In this document: positions 56,075-64,000 of the stretch, in pieces
How the letters are laid out: each line of letters begins with the position of its first letter
Numbering within the stretch: position 1 is the first letter of the stretch
Virus record (IMG/VR): IMGVR_UViG_3300023179_004209
Coordinates: 32,001 to 96,000 of that record
Direction: 5' to 3' (one strand)
From: a virus
Taxonomy: Duplodnaviria > Heunggongvirae > Uroviricota > Caudoviricetes
Length of the DNA: 64,000 nt
Position numbers and translations under genes: made by a program
Notes under the pieces: generated by a model
What the model saw: the letters and a program-made list of their open reading frames with translations, nothing else
Told to the model about the DNA's origin: nothing
Database searches by the model: none

Positions 56075-59000
56075 TTACATTCCCGCCAATAAAAATGGAC
56101 TGATAATATCAATTCCTGAATTTACCGCATAACTAGCAGTTACTGCATAACTACTTGTAACTGCATTACTTATACTTCCAGATATTGAAACATTATCATA
56201 ATTCAATACATTTACATACACTCTATCTACACTGGAACTTAGGACAGGTGACCCACTTACAGGTGTACCTGATACAGACATCTTTCTTATCTTTAAAGAA
56301 TTGTCACTTAATTTTTGAACACCATAATCCGATCCTGTATCATTTAACCCACCTACTAAACCAATGTATTTTGTTTCATACTGTGGTAATTGATTTGGAA
56401 ATTCTACGGACTGTGTAACAAAACTAGCAGTGTATCTAGCAATACCTTTAGTTATACGAAGTTCATCTATATAACCATAAAAATAATTAGTACTTGTATT
56501 ATAATCGTTAGATCCTAATATAAACCTAGAAGCCGTATAATTTGTAGAATCTGAAAAAGTAGAACCTTGTTGAACTCCATTTGAAAATAATTTTGTAGAT
56601 GTTCCTTGTCTAGATAATGCAATATGATACCATATATTAGACGATACGGAAAATGAAATTCTGTCTACTCCTGAACTATTATATCTTAATGTTCCACTTA
56701 AGTAATAAAAAACCGGATAATCACCATTTGTAGTTTGAGGTCTAAAACCCAAAATTCCCTGTTCACTAGCAGTACTATTAAAGTAAAGCCAGAATTCTAT
56801 AGTAAAATCTCCGGTGCCAAATATATAATCAGTTATATTCGTAGTTTGTATAAGATACGATGATCCATCAAAATAACCACTGCTTCCACCAAATTTACTT
56901 TGCGTAGTACTTATCTGTGCATTTCCGACACCGTTTATGGATTTTACAGATGGACTATTATCTATAAATGTAGTACTGCCATTACTGCCACTAAAATGCA
57001 TTAACAAACTGCAACTCGGATAATAAATGTCGCCGGAACCACTGTTCCATTCTTCAACTATTGTTATTCCCCATTTATTTCCTGTCAAATTTAATCCGGT
57101 CAATGTTGACTCTTGACTGCTACTGAAATTATAAAGAATGGTTTGATTTGCAATACTACCTGTTTGTAGTGTAGTGTTACCGTTCAAGAATCTTACATCG
57201 ATTTCATCGCCGTCACTATATGGTTGATAAAAATTAAGTGTTGATCCTGTTACTGTATAACTTGAACTATAATTTTGAACAACACCATTAACTGATACCA
57301 AAAGATGTGCGGGATTGCTTACACTTTGTGTTAATGTATATTGTGTAGTACCACTTCCACTTACAACAATATATTGTCCAATTACAGGCGAACCAGTAAT
57401 ATAACTTATACCCCCGCCTCCACCGGAAGCATTCAATGCATATGATGCGGTTATTGCATTGTTGCTCCAACTTGATGTACCAAAAATGCTGCCTGTAAAA
57501 TTGCCATTAAATGTACTTCCACTAAATATTGTACCAATAATAGTACCATTACTTGCACTAATTGCATATGATGTTTGTGATCCTGAAGCATTAATCTGTA
57601 ATGCAATTGCACTACCAGTTAAAGCAGTAGTATTAATTCTCATCATTACATCCGAACCAGTAGTAGCAGTACTTGTAAAATTAATATCAGGTGAAGTAAG
57701 TGAACCTGTTGACATCGTTTCACTATAAGTCATAGTGTCTGAAAACCATACATTGCTTGATGATAAACTATTACTTGAACTGATATTACTTGCTGTCAAA
57801 TTTAAAATTTGATAACTATTTGCGGTGGTTAAATATGAAGAAGTTAAAGCATTAGTAGAATTTATAGAATAACTTGAACTTAATGAATATGACGCACTTG
57901 TAGAAGATGTCGCACTACCGGCATTGGTCGCATAACTTGCACTTGTTGCGGAAGTTGCACTAGTAGCAGTTGCAGAAGTTGTTGAAAAACTACTACTAAT
58001 AGAATTATTAGCCCAACTACTTGTTATGGGATATGTACTACCAGTAGTCAATGACGAACCTGCATTTGATGCAAATGAAGCAGTCAATGCATTAGTAGCC
58101 CAACTAGATGTACCAAAAACACTGCCGGTAAAACTGCTACCACTAATATTTCCGTTAACTTGCAATTTAGCAATAGGATTATTTGTACCAATACCAACTC
58201 TGCTTCCAGTAACAACTAAAGCATTTGAATTATATGTACCTACCACCAATCTATCATCACTAAATACTTCCAATATCGGTAAACCACTAACATCATTTAC
58301 ACTCATCAATGACCCACTCAAATTGTCATCTACACTGAATAATGATCCCTGTGTACCTTCTACACTAAATACAACCGATCCAGAAACTAATGATCCGCTA
58401 CTATTAATATTTAATTTACTGTTTGGAATTGTTGTACCAATACCAATATTACTACCAGTTTCATATATAACACTGTTTCCTACAGAAGTACCAGATGTAA
58501 ATTTAGATATATAATTGGTTGAACCAGTAACTGTACCGCTTCCACCTCCACCACCAGAAGCATTCAATGCAAATGATGCGGTTAAAGCACTTAATGCATA
58601 TGAAGATGTAACAGAAAATGATGATGTACCTAAAAATCCAACACCGTTACTTACACTGGATGTAAAACTGCTACCACTAATATTACCACTTACTTGTAAT
58701 TTAGCAATTGGGACATTTGTACCAATACCAACTCTACTGCCTGTAACAACCAATGCGTTTGAATTATATGTTCCAACTACAAGTCTATCATCACTAAATA
58801 CTTCTAATATTGGTAAACCACTGACATCATTTACACTCATCAAAGAACCACTAAGATTATCATCTACACTAAACAAAGATCCTTGTGTGCCTTCTACACT
58901 AAATACAACAGAACCGGATATAAGTGAACCGCTACTATTGATGTTTAATTTACTGTTTGGAGTTGTTGTACCAATACCAATGTTGCTTCCACTTTCATAA

Positions 59001-60268
59001 ATAACACTGTTACCAACCGAACTTCCCGATGTAAATTTTGCAATATAGTTTACGGAACCAGTTACAGTTCCACTACCACCTCCACCACCAGAAGCATTCA
59101 ATGCGAATGATGCGGTTAAAGCATAAGATGCACTTGTTGCACTGTTTGCGGTATTGGCACTGGTTGCAGATGTAGCACTAGTAGCAGTTGATGCAACATT
59201 TGCATAACTACTGGATATTGCATTATTTGACCAACTAGATGTAATTGGATATGTTGATCCGGTTGTAAGTGACGATCCTGCATTTGCAGCAAACGATGCG
59301 GTCAAACTATAACTACTGCTAATACTATTTAAATTATAACTAGAAGTAGTGGAAAATGAAGAACTTATTGAAACACTAGCGGTACCAGCATAACTACTGC
59401 TAACAGCGTTAGTTGCTATGTTTATATAACTTGATGTTAACGCATTTAAAGCAACAGATGCGGTGGAACTATAACTAGCACTAGTGGAATTGTTACTAAA
59501 AGACGATGTTCCCAACAAACTGCCTGTAATATTAGGTGAACGAAGTGATCCTGTAAATTGATGTGTATCTGAATTGGAGTCACCAAATTTAGTGCTTCCG
59601 TCAAAATTTGAAGAAGTAAAATAACTTACCGATGAACTTACAACATATTGTTGCGCAATCAAACTACCAACTACAGTAATATTTCCTTGAACTGTTTGAT
59701 TTCCATTAAAATTATTACTGCCTGTAGTTGCAAATACGGTCGATGATGTATTATTCAATAAACCAGCATTTGTTGCATAACTCGCACTTAAACTAGCAGT
59801 AATACCTATAATTTCAATTTGACCTGACGAAGTATTTAATGTTACTACTGGACTTGTATTTGCAAATAGTGTTGACCCAGATGTACTTAACACTGTTTCT
59901 CCGATGTAAATACTGCCTGTACTAACATACAGATCCTTCCATTTATTGGTTGGTGAACCTAAACTATATGTAGATCCGGTAGATGGTATTAAACTTTGTG
60001 ATATTGGATCTAAATAACTAGCAGTGGATGAATTTCTTGAATAACTTGCACTAGTTGATGTATTACTATAACTGGAAGTATTTGAATTTAAACTGTAACT
60101 GCTTGAAATTGAATTATTTGACCAACTACTTGTGATTGGGTATGTACTGCCGGTAATTAAAGATGTACCTCCCCCGCTTCCTGCGCTTGAACTAAGTGCA
60201 TATGAAGCGGTAATTGGGTAAATTGACCCAGTTTCTAATTGGTCATATTTTAATTGATTGAGTGCCAT
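56075..60268 (-). CDS. Long Ser/Thr-rich tail fibre with internal duplication and one LamG cassette
   Basis: (T/S)ASYA repeats, GIGT..P fibre repeats, C-terminal cassette, ends ISPFLLAGM. Confidence 0.8.
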   Translation of the reverse strand: MALNQLKYDQLETGSIYPITASYALSSSAGSGGGTSLITGSTYPITSSWSNNSISSSYSLNSNTSSYSNTSTSASYSRNSSTASYLDPISQSLIPSTGSTYSLGSPTNKWKDLYVSTGSIYIGETVLSTSGSTLFANTSPVVTLNTSSGQIEIIGITASLSASYATNAGLLNNTSSTVFATTGSNNFNGNQTVQGNITVVGSLIAQQYVVSSSVSYFTSSNFDGSTKFGDSNSDTHQFTGSLRSPNITGSLLGTSSFSNNSTSASYSSTASVALNALTSSYINIATNAVSSSYAGTASVSISSSFSTTSSYNLNSISSSYSLTASFAANAGSSLTTGSTYPITSSWSNNAISSSYANVASTATSATSATSANTANSATSASYALTASFALNASGGGGGSGTVTGSVNYIAKFTSGSSVGNSVIYESGSNIGIGTTTPNSKLNINSSGSLISGSVVFSVEGTQGSLFSVDDNLSGSLMSVNDVSGLPILEVFSDDRLVVGTYNSNALVVTGSRVGIGTNVPIAKLQVSGNISGSSFTSSVSNGVGFLGTSSFSVTSSYALSALTASFALNASGGGGGSGTVTGSTNYISKFTSGTSVGNSVIYETGSNIGIGTTIPNSKLNINSSGSLVSGSVVFSVEGTQGSLFSVDDNLSGSLMSVNDVSGLPILEVFSDDRLVVGTYNSNALVVTGSRVGIGTNNPIAKLQVNGNISGSSFTGSVFGTSSWATNALTASFASNAGSSLTTGSTYPITSSWANNSISSSFSTTSATATSATSATSASYATNAGSATSSTSASYSLSSSYSINSTNALTSSYLTTANSYQILNLTASNISSSNSLSSSNVWFSDTMTYSETMSTGSLTSPDINFTSTATTGSDVMMRINTTALTGSAIALQINASGSQTSYAISASNGTIIGTIFSGSTFNGNFTGSIFGTSSWSNNAITASYALNASGGGGGISYITGSPVIGQYIVVSGSGTTQYTLTQSVSNPAHLLVSVNGVVQNYSSSYTVTGSTLNFYQPYSDGDEIDVRFLNGNTTLQTGSIANQTILYNFSSSQESTLTGLNLTGNKWGITIVEEWNSGSGDIYYPSCSLLMHFSGSNGSTTFIDNSPSVKSINGVGNAQISTTQSKFGGSSGYFDGSSYLIQTTNITDYIFGTGDFTIEFWLYFNSTASEQGILGFRPQTTNGDYPVFYYLSGTLRYNSSGVDRISFSVSSNIWYHIALSRQGTSTKLFSNGVQQGSTFSDSTNYTASRFILGSNDYNTSTNYFYGYIDELRITKGIARYTASFVTQSVEFPNQLPQYETKYIGLVGGLNDTGSDYGVQKLSDNSLKIRKMSVSGTPVSGSPVLSSSVDRVYVNVLNYDNVSISGSISNAVTSSYAVTASYAVNSGIDIISPFLLAGM
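58125..59120. repeat. Tandem duplication with 534-bp (178-codon) period inside the fibre gene
   Basis: cattcaatgc at 58561 and 59095; two near-identical protein copies GGGGSGTVTGS..NISGSSFT. Confidence 0.85.
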
Positions 60269-60311
60269 CTATATTAAATATCATGAATTTAATATATCCG
60301 GCCAAACATTT

Positions 60312-60605
60312 TTAATTTGGTTTTGGATACTTTTGTTTTATTGGGTCAATTATATTAGTTTTCCACGCATCAATTCCGTTATGATAGATATAATCCATTT
60401 GTTCACTAATAGATGGATATTCTTTTTTCCTGTTTTCTTGACACAATCTCAATGCAAAACTAGGTATTTGATTCACATTAGTTTCGTTTCCCACACAATC
60501 ATTTAATATGATACGAGAATGTCCTGGTCCAGGTTCCGCATCACCTGTTCCTTCTACCACTTTAAGTGTAATATCACCTGTAATATCATTATATAATACT
60601 ATCAT
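60312..60605 (-). CDS. Tail-fibre-associated small protein
   Basis: C-terminal R..EYPSI.EQ.D..YH.G.DAWK....IK.KYPK motif; follows a fibre gene. Confidence 0.65.
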   Translation of the reverse strand: MIVLYNDITGDITLKVVEGTGDAEPGPGHSRIILNDCVGNETNVNQIPSFALRLCQENRKKEYPSISEQMDYIYHNGIDAWKTNIIDPIKQKYPKPN

Positions 60606-60609
60606 AAAA

Positions 60610-62526
60610 TTATGTTCCTACTGTTGTTCCGCTAGGTCTTACTATTAATCCACCTACACTAGTTGAATATGTTGTAGTTCCTGTTAATCCAGTGTTTTGA
60701 ACTTGTATAATTCCTCCATATGCTAAATATGCTATGTTTGAATTTGTTCCTTGTGAATTTGTATCGGCTGTAATAATTCCATTATATAACGAAACCATAT
60801 ATCTATCTAAAGAAGTAAAATATGAGTTTCTCACCCAAACTGCAGATCTAGCTTGAACACCGATACCGTTCCCAGATCCGACAACAACTGATGTAGGATA
60901 ATTTGTAAATGAACAGTAATTAACTAATGTGTTAGTATTTTCCACCCCAAGCGCCGATGCGTAAGTACTTGTATTAATCGCCAATCTTAAATAATTTACT
61001 TCAGTAGTAGTATTGTTTTGTCCAAGATAAATTGGGGACGATCCACTTAATGTTACATTTTTAGCGGCAGCTACTGTATTATTTGAAGAATTTCCATATA
61101 TCAAAAGTACGCCATTGGAAAAAAAGTTAAATTGTAAACCTGTAGATAAATTATAATTCCCATCTGCAAATTGAAATGTTAATGTTTTACCACCTAAATT
61201 TTTTGGTTGTGCATCAATCAATGCTTGCATTTGAGCAGTAGTAAATGAACTACTAAATGCAACAGTTCTGTCGGATGTTAATATTTGACTTCCATCTGTC
61301 AAATAAGATGAAGTAATTGCATAACTAGATGTTAATGCGTTACTGGATGTTACCATTACATTTGTGTAATCTAATACATTTACATACACTCTGTCTACAG
61401 AAGCACTAAGAAATGGAGAACCACTGACAGGTGTACCACTTACAGACATTTTTCTAATTTTTAGTGAACTGTCACTAAGTTTTTGAACACCATAATCTGA
61501 ACCTGTATCATTTAATCCACCAACCAACCCAACATATTTTGTTTCATATTGAGGAAGTTGATTTGGAAATTCCAAACTTGAAGTGGTAAAACTACCTGTA
61601 TATCTAACTACATTTTTAGTAATTCTAAATTCATCAATATAACCAGCTATAGGAGCATTAGTAGATCCATTTAAATTTACAGATGCACCAATTCGTATAG
61701 CTTGTCCACTATCTGATGTTGCAATCGTAATTGAACCGGATACATCTATATTTCCATTTAAAAATAAAGTTTGTAATGAAGAACTCTTTACATATGCAAT
61801 ATGATGCCATATATTTGTTGTTAGTGTTGTTAATCCTGTAATTGTATTAGAACTGTTATTATTATTAAATTGAGTTATTGCAGCTTGTAATTTTCCAGTG
61901 GATGTAAGCGACAAATCCCAATTATAATTCCCCGATCCTGCGTTACTATTATAACGACTCGCAATCGTTCCAGTAGTAGTGTCAGTAATATAAATATAAC
62001 ATTCAACTGTAAAATTTTGATTGTTTACATCCAATGGTCCACCACTTACGACCGGAATTGTTAAATAATTTCCATTTGTTCCTCCTAAAAATAAACTAGT
62101 ACCTCCAAATTTACTAAATGATGATGTTATTTTTGCACCTCCAGAAACAGTAATACTTACATTGTTTGGACCACTATCGCTAATTGTAGTACTATTATTG
62201 CTTCCACTAAAATGTAGTAATACGCTACTACTTGGATAGTAAATATCACCAGAACCACTATTCCATTCTTCTATAACACTGACATCCCATTTATTACTGG
62301 ATAAATTTAAACCCGATATAATATTATCCTGCGAAGTTGTAACATTATATAATATGGTTTGATTTGCAATGCTGCCTGTTTGAACTGTACCACCGCTTCC
62401 ACCAGAACCACCATTCATTGCAAATGATGCGGTTGTTGCATAACTAGCTGTACCATTTAATGATCCTGTTAGTGGATAATTGGATGGTATACTAATTAAT
62501 GGGGAAGTAATTCTAGTTAGTGGCAT
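60610..62526 (-). CDS. Tail fibre/spike with a LamG cassette and C-terminal beta-helix-like domain
   Basis: Cassette, then QALIDAQPKNL..LTFQFADGNY beta-helix entry motif. Confidence 0.75.
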   Translation of the reverse strand: MPLTRITSPLISIPSNYPLTGSLNGTASYATTASFAMNGGSGGSGGTVQTGSIANQTILYNVTTSQDNIISGLNLSSNKWDVSVIEEWNSGSGDIYYPSSSVLLHFSGSNNSTTISDSGPNNVSITVSGGAKITSSFSKFGGTSLFLGGTNGNYLTIPVVSGGPLDVNNQNFTVECYIYITDTTTGTIASRYNSNAGSGNYNWDLSLTSTGKLQAAITQFNNNNSSNTITGLTTLTTNIWHHIAYVKSSSLQTLFLNGNIDVSGSITIATSDSGQAIRIGASVNLNGSTNAPIAGYIDEFRITKNVVRYTGSFTTSSLEFPNQLPQYETKYVGLVGGLNDTGSDYGVQKLSDSSLKIRKMSVSGTPVSGSPFLSASVDRVYVNVLDYTNVMVTSSNALTSSYAITSSYLTDGSQILTSDRTVAFSSSFTTAQMQALIDAQPKNLGGKTLTFQFADGNYNLSTGLQFNFFSNGVLLIYGNSSNNTVAAAKNVTLSGSSPIYLGQNNTTTEVNYLRLAINTSTYASALGVENTNTLVNYCSFTNYPTSVVVGSGNGIGVQARSAVWVRNSYFTSLDRYMVSLYNGIITADTNSQGTNSNIAYLAYGGIIQVQNTGLTGTTTYSTSVGGLIVRPSGTTVGT

Positions 62527-62542
62527 ATTTTATATAAATATA

Positions 62543-62815
62543 TCAAAATGGTGGATTAGGGTCTGTCCATTCTGGTGTGGCTAATATAGTTAATATTTCT
62601 GTATAAGTATATGGTCCTTCTTTTGTTGTCATACTGTTGAAGAAATCAGGTGTTGGACCATCCCATTTACAAAATGTTTTGGTGCCGTCAACACTTTTTC
62701 TTACAGTTTCTGCTGAAGTTTCGTGTACTTTAGTAAAATCTACAAGATTCAATTCACTTACATTGAATATCATAAATTCTCTGTCCTCATATATTGTTAC
62801 ATTTGTTTCACTCAT
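62543..62815 (-). CDS. Small acidic virion/fibre-associated protein
   Basis: VDFTKVHETSAETVRKSVDGTKTF.KW, EILTILATPEW. Confidence 0.65.
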   Translation of the reverse strand: MSETNVTIYEDREFMIFNVSELNLVDFTKVHETSAETVRKSVDGTKTFCKWDGPTPDFFNSMTTKEGPYTYTEILTILATPEWTDPNPPF

Positions 62816-62828
62816 AATTTTTGTAGTT

Positions 62829-63035
62829 TTAATTTATTTTTACAGTAACATTGATTCTTAAACATTCATCGTTTTCATCATAAAATTCAATTCTTTCCAT
62901 ATCATGCCCTTCAAATTTTATGTCGGGTAATCGTGCAAAAGAATATGAAAACCAATAATATGGTATTACAATTTTCTTAATTCTTTCCCCAAATTCTTCT
63001 ATCCCACCATTTATTTGTTGATTAATCAATTCCAT
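62829..63035 (-). CDS. Hypothetical protein
   Basis: 68 aa, co-oriented, fills the gap. Confidence 0.5.
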   Translation of the reverse strand: MELINQQINGGIEEFGERIKKIVIPYYWFSYSFARLPDIKFEGHDMERIEFYDENDECLRINVTVKIN

Positions 63036-63041
63036 AAATTT

Positions 63042-64000
63042 TTATGTATAACTTAATAATATTACATTATTTGCAGAAGTTTCACTTGCTGAAATTGTAA
63101 ATCCTACTATGTTTGATGAACCGTCTCTAAAAATTAAATTATTATTACTATTTCGTATCATATAAACATCTCGTAAAGTACCTACAAATGAATATGGAGT
63201 GGCATCATTTGTCATATATAACGGCAATTTAACTAATTTTCCAGATATAGAAGTTAAAGTACTAAGTTGAGAATAAACATTTGGTTTAATACATTGCATC
63301 GTTTTTAAAGACGACTGTTGAGGAACAAAATATGAAGCTTTAGATGTTGCTGTGCCACCATTATTATCAATAAAGTTGCCGGCAGTCCCATAGAAGGTAG
63401 TATTTACACCACCAGTATAATCAGATCTTAATAACCCATATATTCTATTATCAGATTCTGCTTCTGTTGATGTAACTGTTTGTTGTGGGTCCATTATAGA
63501 TCCGCACATACCAACATAATTAGTTGTAGGATTGGTATTACCGTTTCCAACATTTAATATAATTGCTTCTTTAGATTCGTAAATTGTAATTTTTAAAGTT
63601 GAAATTGTTGAAATGTTAATTATGGGTTTTATATATCCAGAAAAAGAAGAACTTGGACCCATAGGTAAAGAACTGGTCCAGTTAGTAAATGTTCCGGAAT
63701 TTTTAGATAGTCCCATACCAAGCATATCTGTTGCAAATGAAGTTTCATTAGTTGCCATTGTTGGCGTTCCGCCACTTGTTGCTCCTATTGTATTTTTACC
63801 AACAATTAATACAGATTGACTTAATGCGGTTCTCAATGGGGGATAACATAGAATTGCTTCTGTATTTGAACCTGTAACAAATGCTTTGCTACCTGACCAA
63901 GCACTGCCTGATCCAATCGTTCTAGCAGAACCATCAAAATAAGTTGATCCCGTCAACATGTTATATACAATGTTTAAGAAATCGGATATTGAACTTGTTA
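63042..64000 (-). CDS. Putative virion protein, probably 5'-truncated by the window edge
   Basis: Frame stays open from ATG 63959 to the end of the window; S/T/G-rich. Confidence 0.6.
   Translation of the reverse strand, partial: TSSISDFLNIVYNMLTGSTYFDGSARTIGSGSAWSGSKAFVTGSNTEAILCYPPLRTALSQSVLIVGKNTIGATSGGTPTMATNETSFATDMLGMGLSKNSGTFTNWTSSLPMGPSSSFSGYIKPIINISTISTLKITIYESKEAIILNVGNGNTNPTTNYVGMCGSIMDPQQTVTSTEAESDNRIYGLLRSDYTGGVNTTFYGTAGNFIDNNGGTATSKASYFVPQQSSLKTMQCIKPNVYSQLSTLTSISGKLVKLPLYMTNDATPYSFVGTLRDVYMIRNSNNNLIFRDGSSNIVGFTISASETSANNVILLSYT

Larger units (their letters stand above)
53155..62390 (-). repeat. Four dispersed ~1-kb LamG cassettes (~53155-54118, 54175-55195, 56195-57166, 61370-62390)
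   Basis: Conserved 5' and 3' flanks with variable cores; e.g. 56 identical bp at 53215-53270 and 61429-61484. Confidence 0.9.

Noticed and set aside
58026-59000. Two similar + strand ORFs (162 and 161 aa)
   Set aside because: Antisense shadows of the duplicated fibre segment.
49743-62526. Diversity-generating retroelement or invertase shufflon behind the LamG repeats
   Set aside because: No reverse transcriptase or site-specific recombinase in the window; repeats are direct and in-frame, and differences are not adenine-specific.
3422-63819. Other short antisense or out-of-frame ORFs in the ORF track
   Set aside because: Nested within well-supported genes, with no motifs or expression signals.
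1-64000. Alternative genetic code, tRNA or rRNA genes
   Set aside because: Conserved genes are full length in code 11 using all three stops; no cloverleaf or rRNA-like stretch seen in the short intergenic gaps, though tRNAscan was not run.

Overview
AT-rich, densely coding 64-kb segment of a large myovirus-type phage with a T4-like replisome and a contractile-tail module; no cellular housekeeping genes, rRNA, tRNA or CRISPR array were seen. (1) 47-12561 (+) is a sugar-nucleotide/glycosylation operon: GT10-like and GT-A-like transferases, MTA/SAH nucleosidase, SDR epimerase, B12 radical SAM, split TPP E1 alpha/beta, HddA-like kinase, cytidylyltransferase, ColD/RfbH-type 3-dehydratase, RmlC, FkbM-GT fusion and LhgO. 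(2) 12548-35653 (mostly -) holds early and replication genes: dNMP kinase, clamp-loader subunit, UvsE, DUF4338, MoxR+vWA, Mom-like GNAT, NrdAB, gp41-like helicase, 5'-3' exonuclease, UvsX, gp32 and a short family-A polymerase. (3) 35689-46757 (-) holds baseplate, tape measure, tail chaperone and tail tube genes. (4) 46869-64000 holds a Hef-like endonuclease, nucleotide enzymes and an array of LamG lectin and fibre genes. Best hidden signals: four ~1-kb LamG cassettes with conserved, mutually mosaic flanks (recombinational receptor-binding shuffling); a start-less ORF reached by a +1/-2 frameshift at a T7 run in the tail chaperone; a putative late promoter TATTTATA (reverse complement of the T4 motif) that often sits inside hairpins burying the start region; a T4 gene-32-like autoregulatory leader; and a phage-borne route to a probable branched 3,6-dideoxy sugar. 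All functional calls come from motif recognition without database searches.
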